A DNA stretch of 26,104 nt from a virus (taxonomy: Duplodnaviria; Caudoviricetes). The first letter of the stretch is position 1; every line of letters begins with the position of its first letter. The translations under genes and the position numbers were made by a program. Location of the stretch: positions 1 to 26,104 of the IMG/VR virus record IMGVR_UViG_3300048886_000443. The stretch is one strand, 5' to 3'. Positions 16,972 to 24,750 of the stretch are shown piece after piece. The notes under the pieces were generated by a model. The model was not told the origin of the DNA. It made no database searches and saw only the letters and a list, made by a program, of their open reading frames with translations.

Positions 16972-17934
16972 ATGGCTGGCAATGGCGGAATAATAGGACC
17001 TGTTAACACTGTAACTTCAAGTATCCCGGAAACAATCACAACTTTCAACGCTTCAGGAACTTTAACTACTCAATCTACTACATCTAAAGTTAGAGCTTTA
17101 GTTGTAGCTGGTGGAGGTGGAGGAGGTTATGACGGTGGCGGTGGTGGTGGCGCTGGCGGTTTTAGAGACGTTTCATGTATTTCAGTTTGTGCGAGTTCAC
17201 CTTATCCAATAACTGTTGGTGGAGGTGGTGCTGGTGCAAGTGGTTTAGCGAGAGGATCAACTGGAGTAAATTCAGTAGCAGGTTTTCCTTCTGCTCCGAC
17301 GACATCTAATGGTGGCGGTGGTGGCGGATCAGGTGGAGGAATTTGTACTGCTGGTTATAATTCAGGTAATCCCGGAGGTGCGGGAGGTGGAGCTAATGGT
17401 GCTTATCCTCATACAGGCCCTCCTTTTGGAGTAGGCGGATGTGGCACTGCATGTCAAGGAAATGATGGTGGTGGCGGAGCAGGTTTTGCTGGTCCCGGTC
17501 CAGGAACTGGAGGCGGTGGCGGTGGAGCAAGTGTTGCTGGTTTACCAGGTTCAACACCTACGCCAGATCCTACTAAAGGTGATGGTGGTGCTGGTACAGT
17601 TAGTAATATTTCAGGTTCATGTGTAACGTATGCTGGTGGTGGCGGAGGTGGAACTCAAAATGGTGGTCCTTCATCCGGGAATGTAAGTGCAGGTGCAGCT
17701 GGAGCAGGTGGAGGGGCAGCAGGTGGATTTGGTCCCGGTATACCGGCCCCGAGTCTTAATGGTAGTAGTAATACTGGTGGTGGAGCTGGTGGTGGCGGAG
17801 CAGCTGGTGGAAATGGCGGAACTGGTGGTCCAGGTGTAGTTATAACACAAGAACCATCCATAGCTATGGTAGCCTCAGGTGTTTGGCAAATGAATACGGT
17901 ATATGATAAAAGATTAAATGGTGTTTGGTCTTAA
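16972..17934 (+). CDS. Glycine-rich (polyglycine II bundle) fibre/receptor-binding protein 1
   Basis: AGGAGG RBS; NGGIIG N-terminus, VVAGGGGGG...GGGGGGAGG, YPITVGGGG, YAGGGGGG, GGPGVVIT, C-terminal SGVW...W. Confidence 0.75.
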   Translation: MAGNGGIIGPVNTVTSSIPETITTFNASGTLTTQSTTSKVRALVVAGGGGGGYDGGGGGGAGGFRDVSCISVCASSPYPITVGGGGAGASGLARGSTGVNSVAGFPSAPTTSNGGGGGGSGGGICTAGYNSGNPGGAGGGANGAYPHTGPPFGVGGCGTACQGNDGGGGAGFAGPGPGTGGGGGGASVAGLPGSTPTPDPTKGDGGAGTVSNISGSCVTYAGGGGGGTQNGGPSSGNVSAGAAGAGGGAAGGFGPGIPAPSLNGSSNTGGGAGGGGAAGGNGGTGGPGVVITQEPSIAMVASGVWQMNTVYDKRLNGVWS

Positions 17935-17944
17935 AACTGGTACG

Positions 17945-17973
17945 TTGACAATAAGTAGAAATTCAATTATATA
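17945..17973 (+). promoter_or_regulatory. Putative sigma70 promoter TTGACA-N17-TATATA
   Basis: Perfect -35 hexamer, intergenic, upstream of an AAGGAG RBS. Confidence 0.75.
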
Positions 17974-17991
17974 TTATACAAGGAGTAAAAG

Positions 17992-18459
17992 ATGGCCCAT
18001 TTCGCAGAACTTAAATCAAAAGTAGATCCTACAGGACATACTACTAACACACTACAAGTAGTAGAAAGAGTAGTTGTTGTAGGCAATGATATTCCTGCCG
18101 GTAGTGGAACTCTTGTAGATAATGATATGCATATTGATGGAGAATCATGGTGTATTGATTTTTTCAAAGGTGGAACTTGGAAACAAACTTCTTATAATAA
18201 TAATTTTAGAAAACAATATGCAGGGAGAGGTTTTACTTATGACTCTGCAAAAGATGTATTTATTCAACCTCAACCATTCGCATCTTGGGCATTAGATGGA
18301 AATAATGACTGGCAAGCACCAGTTCCTTTTCCAACTGATACTACAGATAAACATATTGGTTGGGATGAAGACAATCAACAGTGGACTGCAATAGACATCA
18401 CAGATCCAACAAATAATTTCAACTGGGACGCATCCGGGCTAACTTGGGTGTCCGCGTAG
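17992..18459 (+). CDS. Fibre-associated protein (possible assembly chaperone/adaptor)
   Basis: MAHFAEL...WKQTSYNNNFRKQYAG..FTYD...FIQPQPFASW...WQAPVPFP...WDEDNQQW; Trp-rich; lies between two Gly-rich genes. Confidence 0.65.
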   Translation: MAHFAELKSKVDPTGHTTNTLQVVERVVVVGNDIPAGSGTLVDNDMHIDGESWCIDFFKGGTWKQTSYNNNFRKQYAGRGFTYDSAKDVFIQPQPFASWALDGNNDWQAPVPFPTDTTDKHIGWDEDNQQWTAIDITDPTNNFNWDASGLTWVSA

Positions 18460-18471
18460 GAGACTTAAGAC

Positions 18472-20283
18472 ATGGCCAATAACGGCGGCATAATCGGAAA
18501 ACTAAACAACACTTCTTTCGGAAAGTGCATAGTTACAACTACAACTTGCACAGGGTGTTTTACTACAGGATCAGGAACAACACTGCTTAAGGCTGTTGTT
18601 GTAGCTGGCGGTGGTGGCGGTGGAAGAGATAACGGCGGCGGCGGCGGTGGTGGTGGACTCATTCTACACCCCGGAATAGCAGTTTGTACATCTACAGCTT
18701 ATTCAATGGTTGTTGGTGGCGGTGGTAATGGAAGAACGAATAACTGCGGCCAAGGATGTACCGGAACAGATACAACAGGTTTTTCTTTAACAGCTAAAGG
18801 TGGTGGCGGTGGGGGAATAGGTAATCCTAGTGCACCCGTTGGTCCAGGAACTACTGGAGGTTCGGGAGGTGGCGCTGGAGCAACTGATTCAGCAGGGATG
18901 ACAGGTGGACCTTCAAATCAATCTGCTCAACCAGGGGATTCTGGAACTTATGGGTTTGGATATGCTGGCGGAGCCGGTGGAAACTCACCAGTCAGACATA
19001 GTGGTGGAGGTGGTGGAGCAAGTGCAGTCGGAACTAAAGGTGCTCCTCCAACTGGTAAAGGTGGACCAGCTGGTGCTGGAAAAGATATTACTCCGGTTTT
19101 CGGAGGATCAGGATCAGATTATCCTAATTGTGGGGTTTACGCTGGCGGTGGTGGAGGTGGAGCAATAAATAGTGGAGCTGGTGGAACCGCAGGAACTGGT
19201 GGTGGAGGAACTGGTGGTGGAAGTGGCTGTGTTACAGCAGGAACTGCTAACACTGGCGGTGGCGGTGGTGGTGGATCAAACTTTGGAGGACCTGGTGTTG
19301 AAAATGGAGCAAATGGTGGTAAAGGTGTAGTAGTTACAAAAGAATTAGATAAAGCAGATGGTGTGTGGTCAATGCAATCACAATTTGAATCAAGAAAAGC
19401 TGGCACGTGGCCAAAATTTTTATTAACTTATGCAATGGATTATTTAGTTATTGCCGGTGGTGGTGGCGGTGGTAGTAATGGTAACTGGAGCGGTACTTTT
19501 GGTGGTGGTGGAGCTGGAGGTTATAGAGAATCAGATGGAACAAATACTGGTTCTTATTCTGCCTCTCCATTAGGATCAGGAGTAGCTGGTTTTCCAGCAT
19601 TCTACGAAGGAGATTATACAATCACTGTTGGTGGAGGTGGTGCTACTGGATTTCCACTTGGAGCTAATGGTACTAATTCAACTTTTCATACAATAACATC
19701 GGATGGTGGCGGTGGATCCGGAGGATCTCAATTCCCTGGCGGTTCATTACCTAATGGTGCGGCTGGAGGATCTGGTGGTGGAGCTGGCGGTGGTGGTAAT
19801 ACTGGTGGTGCAGGAAATACGCCCCCTCTAAGTCCTCCTCAAGGTAATCCTGGAGGTAATGGTGGAACATGGCCTGGTACATACGGCGGTGGTGGCGGCG
19901 GTGGTGCTGGTGGCGCAGGAACTCCTTCTACACCAGGTGAAGGTTATGGAACAGCAGGTGCGGGAATTGCTACTTCAATAACAGGAGCGCCAGTAACAAG
20001 AGCAAGTGGTGGTGCAGCGCATGGAAATAGTAATGGTCAAGGACCAGCTGTACCAGGTGGTGGTGGAGGTACAGGATCTGGAAATACACCGGCTAATGCT
20101 GGTGCACCAGGAACAGGTGGAGGTGCCTCAGGTCTACAATCTGGAGGTGGTGGTGTAGTTATTGTAAGATTTCCTTCTGCTGCTACTTTAGCAGTAGCGC
20201 CTGGATCTAATGCAACTTCAACAGCCCCAGGTGGAGAAAAAATTGCTACCTTTACTGTTACAGGAACTTTAACTGTTTCATAA
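18472..20283 (+). CDS. Glycine-rich fibre/receptor-binding protein 2, with two tandem Gly-rich domains
   Basis: First half is paralogous to 16972 (NGGIIG...GVW...WP); second domain runs from DYLVIAGGGGGG to GVVIVRFP...TFTVTGTLTVS. Confidence 0.75.
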   Translation: MANNGGIIGKLNNTSFGKCIVTTTTCTGCFTTGSGTTLLKAVVVAGGGGGGRDNGGGGGGGGLILHPGIAVCTSTAYSMVVGGGGNGRTNNCGQGCTGTDTTGFSLTAKGGGGGGIGNPSAPVGPGTTGGSGGGAGATDSAGMTGGPSNQSAQPGDSGTYGFGYAGGAGGNSPVRHSGGGGGASAVGTKGAPPTGKGGPAGAGKDITPVFGGSGSDYPNCGVYAGGGGGGAINSGAGGTAGTGGGGTGGGSGCVTAGTANTGGGGGGGSNFGGPGVENGANGGKGVVVTKELDKADGVWSMQSQFESRKAGTWPKFLLTYAMDYLVIAGGGGGGSNGNWSGTFGGGGAGGYRESDGTNTGSYSASPLGSGVAGFPAFYEGDYTITVGGGGATGFPLGANGTNSTFHTITSDGGGGSGGSQFPGGSLPNGAAGGSGGGAGGGGNTGGAGNTPPLSPPQGNPGGNGGTWPGTYGGGGGGGAGGAGTPSTPGEGYGTAGAGIATSITGAPVTRASGGAAHGNSNGQGPAVPGGGGGTGSGNTPANAGAPGTGGGASGLQSGGGGVVIVRFPSAATLAVAPGSNATSTAPGGEKIATFTVTGTLTVS

Positions 20284-20299
20284 TTGATCTAGATCAATT
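20282..20299. promoter_or_regulatory. Perfect 18-bp palindrome containing an FNR/FixK-type box TTGAT-N4-ATCAA
   Basis: AATTGATCTAGATCAATT, intergenic, upstream of the oxygenase operon. Confidence 0.6.
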
Positions 20300-20347
20300 C
20301 TCTTTACTCTCTCTTTAAATTAAGATAAAACATATGTATAAAGACAT

Positions 20348-20974
20348 ATGAACTTAACTAACTATTATTGGTATTTTAAATCAGCCATTCCTGAAAGGAT
20401 CTGTAATGATATTGTACGTTATGGAAAATCTTTACAAGATCACTTGGCTACTACGGGGGGTTTTGGAGATCCAAAAAAATTAAATCAAAAACAAATTAAA
20501 GATTTAAAAAAGAAAAGAGATTCAGATGTTGTTTGGATGAGTGAGCGTTGGATTTATAAAGAAGTTCAACCTTATGTTCGTCAAGCTAATGCAAGTGCGG
20601 GTTGGAATTTTGAGTGGGATTACTCCGAATCTTGTCAATTTACAAAATATAACAAAGGTCAGTATTATGATTGGCATTGTGATGGATGGGATAAACCTTA
20701 TCATGCACCTAATACTCCTACTCATGGAAAAATTAGAAAACTATCTGTAACTGTTTCTTTATCCGATCCTAAAGAATATAAAGGTGGTGAATTAGAATTT
20801 GATTTTAGAAACTCAGATCCGGATAAAAAACCTAACATACATAAATGCAAAGAGATACTTCCTAAAGGATCTTTAGTAGTGTTTCCTGGGTTTGTGTGGC
20901 ATAGAGTATGTCCAGTTACAAAAGGATCAAGACATAGTTTAGTAATCTGGAATTTAGGACAGCCTTATAAATGA
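20348..20974 (+). CDS. Fe(II)/2OG-dependent dioxygenase (prolyl 4-hydroxylase/PKHD-like)
   Basis: QFTKY..GQYYDWHCD (HxD), RKLS, YKGGEL, VFPGFVWHRV (distal His), GSRHSLVIW (RxS). Confidence 0.9.
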   Translation: MNLTNYYWYFKSAIPERICNDIVRYGKSLQDHLATTGGFGDPKKLNQKQIKDLKKKRDSDVVWMSERWIYKEVQPYVRQANASAGWNFEWDYSESCQFTKYNKGQYYDWHCDGWDKPYHAPNTPTHGKIRKLSVTVSLSDPKEYKGGELEFDFRNSDPDKKPNIHKCKEILPKGSLVVFPGFVWHRVCPVTKGSRHSLVIWNLGQPYK

Positions 20975-21510
20975 AAATTATTGATAATTTGTTAGATGAA
21001 CAAAGTTTTAAAACACTACAAAACACTTTTTTAAATAATACTTTTCCCTGGTTTTATAATTCATCAAAGGTAATTGCTAAAGATCAAGAACGTCCTTCCC
21101 CAATAAAAGGTTATGAAAGTGAAAAATCTCTTCAATTTACTCATGTATTTTTTGATAACAATCTTCATTACAATTGGTCTAATTGGGCAGATCATTTAAA
21201 ACCTATTGTGGATAAAATAAAACCTAGAGCTTGGGTAAGAGTAAAAGCAAATATGTCACCTATTAATTCTAAACCTTTTGTAGCAGGATGGCATTATGAT
21301 AAAAGCCATAAGAATAAACCGTGGATGGATACTACAACATCTATTTTTTATATTACAAATAATAATGGTTATACAATACTTGAAAATGGTGAGAAAATAC
21401 CAAGTCGTGAAAATAGATTAGTTACATTTTCTAATAGTGTTTTACACACTGGGGTTTCACAAACGGATGAAAACGTAAAAGTAACATTAAATTTAAATTA
21501 TTTAAAATGA
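20971..21510 (+). CDS. Fe(II)/2OG dioxygenase-like protein
   Basis: ATGA overlap; RVKAN, GWHYD (HxD), TSIFY...NGYT, NRLVTF...HTG (distal His); Lys at the usual C-terminal Arg position. Confidence 0.75.
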   Translation: MKIIDNLLDEQSFKTLQNTFLNNTFPWFYNSSKVIAKDQERPSPIKGYESEKSLQFTHVFFDNNLHYNWSNWADHLKPIVDKIKPRAWVRVKANMSPINSKPFVAGWHYDKSHKNKPWMDTTTSIFYITNNNGYTILENGEKIPSRENRLVTFSNSVLHTGVSQTDENVKVTLNLNYLK

Positions 21511-22646
21511 AAATTACTATTTTAGGAAGAGGAAATGCAGGCTGTTTAACCGCTTTGCATTATGCTTATTATGCTCGTAAAAGAAAAGATATTTCCATTG
21601 AACTACTTTATGATCCTAATATTCCTCCTGAAAAGGTAGGACAAGCCACTCTCTTGGAACCCCCTCAACTTCTTTGGGCTGCTCTCGGAATCAATTGGTA
21701 TGATAACCCTATTAACGCTACTCCTAAATTTGGAATTTTATATGAAAATTGGGGAAAGAAAAACGATAAAGTCTTTCATCCTTTTAGCCTCCATTCAGCC
21801 GGTCTTCAATACAATCCTGCTAAATTACAAGACACTATTTTAAAATCTAAATATTTTAAGGTGATAAAAAAATCTATTGATAACTATGATGAGATTGATT
21901 CAGACTATATTTTTGATTGTCGTGGTAGACATATAACTAATTGGGAGGACTATACAATGCTCGACAATCCTTTAAATGCTGTTCTTTTAGGAGAAGGAAA
22001 ATCTAAAGATTGTGATATTAACTGGACCCGTGCTGTAGCTACTCCTGATGGATGGACTTTTGTTATTCCCAACACTACCAATACTACTTCTTATGGTTAC
22101 CTTTATAATGATAAAATTACTCCTATTAAAAAAGCTGCTGCTAATTTTAAAAAGTTATTTAAGTTGGCAGAACAAGGTATTTATTTAAATGAGAAAGTAG
22201 ATAACTTTAAATTTAAAAACTATGTAGCTAAGCAACCTATTCTAGATAATAGAATTATTTTAAATGGTAATCGTTTATTTTTTCTTGAACCTTTAGAATC
22301 CACCGCTATCGCATCCTATTTAAACTGGGCACGTTCTACATGGGACTGGATCATAGACAAAAAAATAACTCCTGAAGTTATTACTAATCAATTTCATAAC
22401 TATGTAAATCAAATACAAAACTTTATTATGTGGCATTATATCTATGGTTCTAAATATAATACGCCTTTCTGGAAAGCTGCTAAAAAACTTAAAATTAAGG
22501 ATCCATTATTTAATAAAATTCTAAATGAGGCTAAATTGTCTCCAATGATTGAATTGCTCGACAGTGAAGTGACTAATGCACCCGACATATATGGTCAATG
22601 GCACAAATGGAACTTTAAATGTTGGTACAATGGAATGACAAATTGA
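21507..22646 (+). CDS. Flavin-dependent halogenase-like protein (tryptophan halogenase family)
   Basis: GRGNAG FAD motif, VGQAT, ATPKFGILYENW (Lys equivalent to PrnA K79), DYIFDCRG, GWTFVIP (WxWxIP variant), FLEPLESTA, YNTPFW. Confidence 0.85.
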   Translation: MKITILGRGNAGCLTALHYAYYARKRKDISIELLYDPNIPPEKVGQATLLEPPQLLWAALGINWYDNPINATPKFGILYENWGKKNDKVFHPFSLHSAGLQYNPAKLQDTILKSKYFKVIKKSIDNYDEIDSDYIFDCRGRHITNWEDYTMLDNPLNAVLLGEGKSKDCDINWTRAVATPDGWTFVIPNTTNTTSYGYLYNDKITPIKKAAANFKKLFKLAEQGIYLNEKVDNFKFKNYVAKQPILDNRIILNGNRLFFLEPLESTAIASYLNWARSTWDWIIDKKITPEVITNQFHNYVNQIQNFIMWHYIYGSKYNTPFWKAAKKLKIKDPLFNKILNEAKLSPMIELLDSEVTNAPDIYGQWHKWNFKCWYNGMTN

Positions 22647-22651
22647 TAAAA

Positions 22652-23377
22652 ATGAAAAAGAAAAAAAGAAATCAACAAGAATTAGATAAAATATCGTGTG
22701 GAAGTGCTCAAACATTTCCAACACAATTAAATAGAGAGGATCATTTTAAATGTCCCATATGGTTTACAGATGCCCCTCAATTTGTAGAGGACTTAAACAA
22801 AGCTTCTGATTCTTATATTGAGATAGCAAAGAACAATTTGAAGAAAGATATAGCGAAAAGAAATAAAAAGTTGGGGGACAAAGGGGACATGGGGCACGTG
22901 TTTCACTCTACTCCTTTAGTTGGTGATCCTAAGTTTTTACAATTACAAAATTATATAGGTGCCACAGCCCATAATTTATTAGAAGAAATGGGTTTTGATT
23001 TAACTAACTTCCAACTATTTACTACAGAATTATGGGTACAAGAATTTGCTAAAAATGGAGGAGGTCATCATACATTACACACTCACTGGAACGGTCATAT
23101 ATCAGGTTTTTATTTTTTAAAGGCTAGTGAAAAAACATCAAGACCTATATTTGAAGATCCAAGAGGAGGAAATATGATGAATCTTTTACCGCAGAAAGAT
23201 CCTACCAAAGTAAGCTATGCTAGTCACCAAATTAATTATGATATAAAACCTGGACGGATGATATTCTTTCCATCATATCTACCTCACATGTATGCCGTCG
23301 ATATGGGTTATGAACCCTTTAGGTTTATACATTGGAACTGCCAGGCAATACCGAAAGGAGCAGTCAGTGTCGTTTAA
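22652..23377 (+). CDS. Putative Fe(II)/2OG oxygenase, TIGR02466-like
   Basis: ATG 22652 is more plausible than 22619; LWVQEF..GGHHTLHTH...ISGFYFL, FEDPR, FFPSYLPH, RFIHWN. Confidence 0.8.
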   Translation: MKKKKRNQQELDKISCGSAQTFPTQLNREDHFKCPIWFTDAPQFVEDLNKASDSYIEIAKNNLKKDIAKRNKKLGDKGDMGHVFHSTPLVGDPKFLQLQNYIGATAHNLLEEMGFDLTNFQLFTTELWVQEFAKNGGGHHTLHTHWNGHISGFYFLKASEKTSRPIFEDPRGGNMMNLLPQKDPTKVSYASHQINYDIKPGRMIFFPSYLPHMYAVDMGYEPFRFIHWNCQAIPKGAVSVV

Positions 23378-24011
23378 TATACTCAATTTTAAAAGTAAAC
23401 CTAAAAATAATTTATTTGCTCCTGAATGGAATAATTTTATGGTGGAAACAATTCTAAGCAACATCAACATAAAACAATTATCTTCTTTTTTAAAAAAGAA
23501 AGAAAAAGAAATATTAAAATTAAAAAAAACAAGTGATGGTTTTACAGGTTTAAAAAACCACACAACTAATAGACACGGAAGCTATAATCTTTTTAATTTT
23601 AAAAACAAAGAAATTAATAAATTGAAACAAGAAATAATTAAATTACATAATAACTTCTTAGAAAAATTAAATATTAAACCTGTCCAATCTTTATATATAA
23701 AAGGTTGGTATAATATTATGAGAAAAAATGAACATATAAAACCACACGCCCATAGTTGGGATCCTGATACTTATTTAGGTGGGCATTTTTGTACAAGCTG
23801 TACAAACACATCTACTTATTATATAAACACAATTAACCAATTGAATAAACCAGACATCTATAAAAGTAAAAACATACCAGGTAAACTAACTTTATTTCAA
23901 AATTTTATTCCACATTATACCGATAAACATAAGGGTGAGGATGAAAGAATTACAATTGCATTTGACTTATATTTAATACAACATAAACCAAGTAATATTA
24001 AAATTATATGA
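23367..24011 (+). CDS. Putative Fe(II)/2OG oxygenase, TIGR02466-like
   Basis: GTG 23367 follows AAAGGAG; GWYNIMR..EHIKPHAH...YLGGHF, GKLTLF..FIPHYT, RITIAFD. Confidence 0.8.
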   Translation: MSFNILNFKSKPKNNLFAPEWNNFMVETILSNINIKQLSSFLKKKEKEILKLKKTSDGFTGLKNHTTNRHGSYNLFNFKNKEINKLKQEIIKLHNNFLEKLNIKPVQSLYIKGWYNIMRKNEHIKPHAHSWDPDTYLGGHFCTSCTNTSTYYINTINQLNKPDIYKSKNIPGKLTLFQNFIPHYTDKHKGEDERITIAFDLYLIQHKPSNIKII

Positions 24012-24643
24012 ATTTTAAAAAAAATAAATACACAGTATTAAAAGGAGCTATTAGTAAAGAAATAGCAGAGTTTGCTTTTGCTTATTTTTTAAATAAAAGA
24101 AATACAGCTAGGTTTTTATTTGATCAAAAATATATATCACCTTTTACTGACTACTGGGGAATATGGACTGATGAACAAGTTCCTAATACCTATTCTCATT
24201 ACTCAGATTTAGTTATGGAAACTTTATTACAAAAAGTAAAACCTGTTATGGAGAAACATACTAAATTAAAACTAAGTGAAACATATTCTTATGCAAGAAT
24301 TTATAAAAAAGGAGATGTATTAGCTAGACATAAAGATAGGTACTCATGTGAGATATCTACAACTTTAAATCTAGGGGGGGATGAATGGCCTATTTATTTA
24401 GAGCCCTCTGGAAGAACGGGCCAAGCTGGTATTAAAGTAATATTAGAGGCCGGGGACATGCTTATATATTCTGGCTGTGAGTTAGAACATTGGAGAGAAG
24501 AATTTAAAGGAGAGCATTGTGCTCAAGTATTTTTACATTATAATAAAGCAGGATCAAAAAATGCTAAAGAAAATCAGTTTGATAAACGTCCGTTTTTAGG
24601 ACTCCCTGCCTTTTATAAAGGCTTTACATTACCTAAAAAATAA
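24008..24643 (+). CDS. Fe(II)/2OG dioxygenase-like protein
   Basis: ATGA overlap; YSYARIY..GDVLARHKDR (HxD), SCEISTT, GDMLIY.GCELEHWRE (distal His), QVFLHY. Confidence 0.85.
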   Translation: MNFKKNKYTVLKGAISKEIAEFAFAYFLNKRNTARFLFDQKYISPFTDYWGIWTDEQVPNTYSHYSDLVMETLLQKVKPVMEKHTKLKLSETYSYARIYKKGDVLARHKDRYSCEISTTLNLGGDEWPIYLEPSGRTGQAGIKVILEAGDMLIYSGCELEHWREEFKGEHCAQVFLHYNKAGSKNAKENQFDKRPFLGLPAFYKGFTLPKK

Positions 24644-24651
24644 TATATAAA
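24623..24651 (+). promoter_or_regulatory. Putative sigma70 promoter TTTACA-N17-TATAAA
   Basis: Overlaps the end of the last oxygenase gene; predicted +1 near 24658, at the start of a GC-rich hairpin. Confidence 0.5.
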
Positions 24652-24657
24652 ATAGAC

Positions 24658-24695
24658 TGGTGAGGGGATGATCCACCACTGATTCCCCTTACTTT
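24658..24695 (+). other. GC-rich hairpin with a CCACCAC loop (terminator or small RNA candidate)
   Basis: GTGAGGGGA (24660-24668) pairs with TCCCCTTAC (24684-24692, one G-U pair); short T run follows. Confidence 0.5.
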
Positions 24696-24702
24696 AAAAC
24701 AT

Positions 24703-24731
24703 TTGAATTCCCCTACAATCTGCTATACTAC
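24703..24731 (+). promoter_or_regulatory. Putative promoter for the last gene (TTGAAT; extended -10 TGCTATACT)
   Basis: TTGAAT at 24703-24708 and TGnTATACT at 24721-24729, upstream of ATG 24751. Confidence 0.5.
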
Positions 24732-24750
24732 CTAATAAACAGGTTTTTAT

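Noticed and set aside
17655-19406. Minus-strand polyproline ORFs (17655-17861, 18465-18662, 19137-19406)
   Set aside because: They are antisense shadows of GGN glycine codon runs, with no independent support.
17100-19920. Multiple GCTGGTGG (E. coli Chi) octamers
   Set aside because: Explained by Ala-Gly-Gly codons, and Chi sequences are host-specific.
16972-20283. Diversity-generating retroelement acting on the paralogous fibre genes
   Set aside because: No reverse transcriptase and no near-identical template/variable repeat pair differing at adenines was seen.
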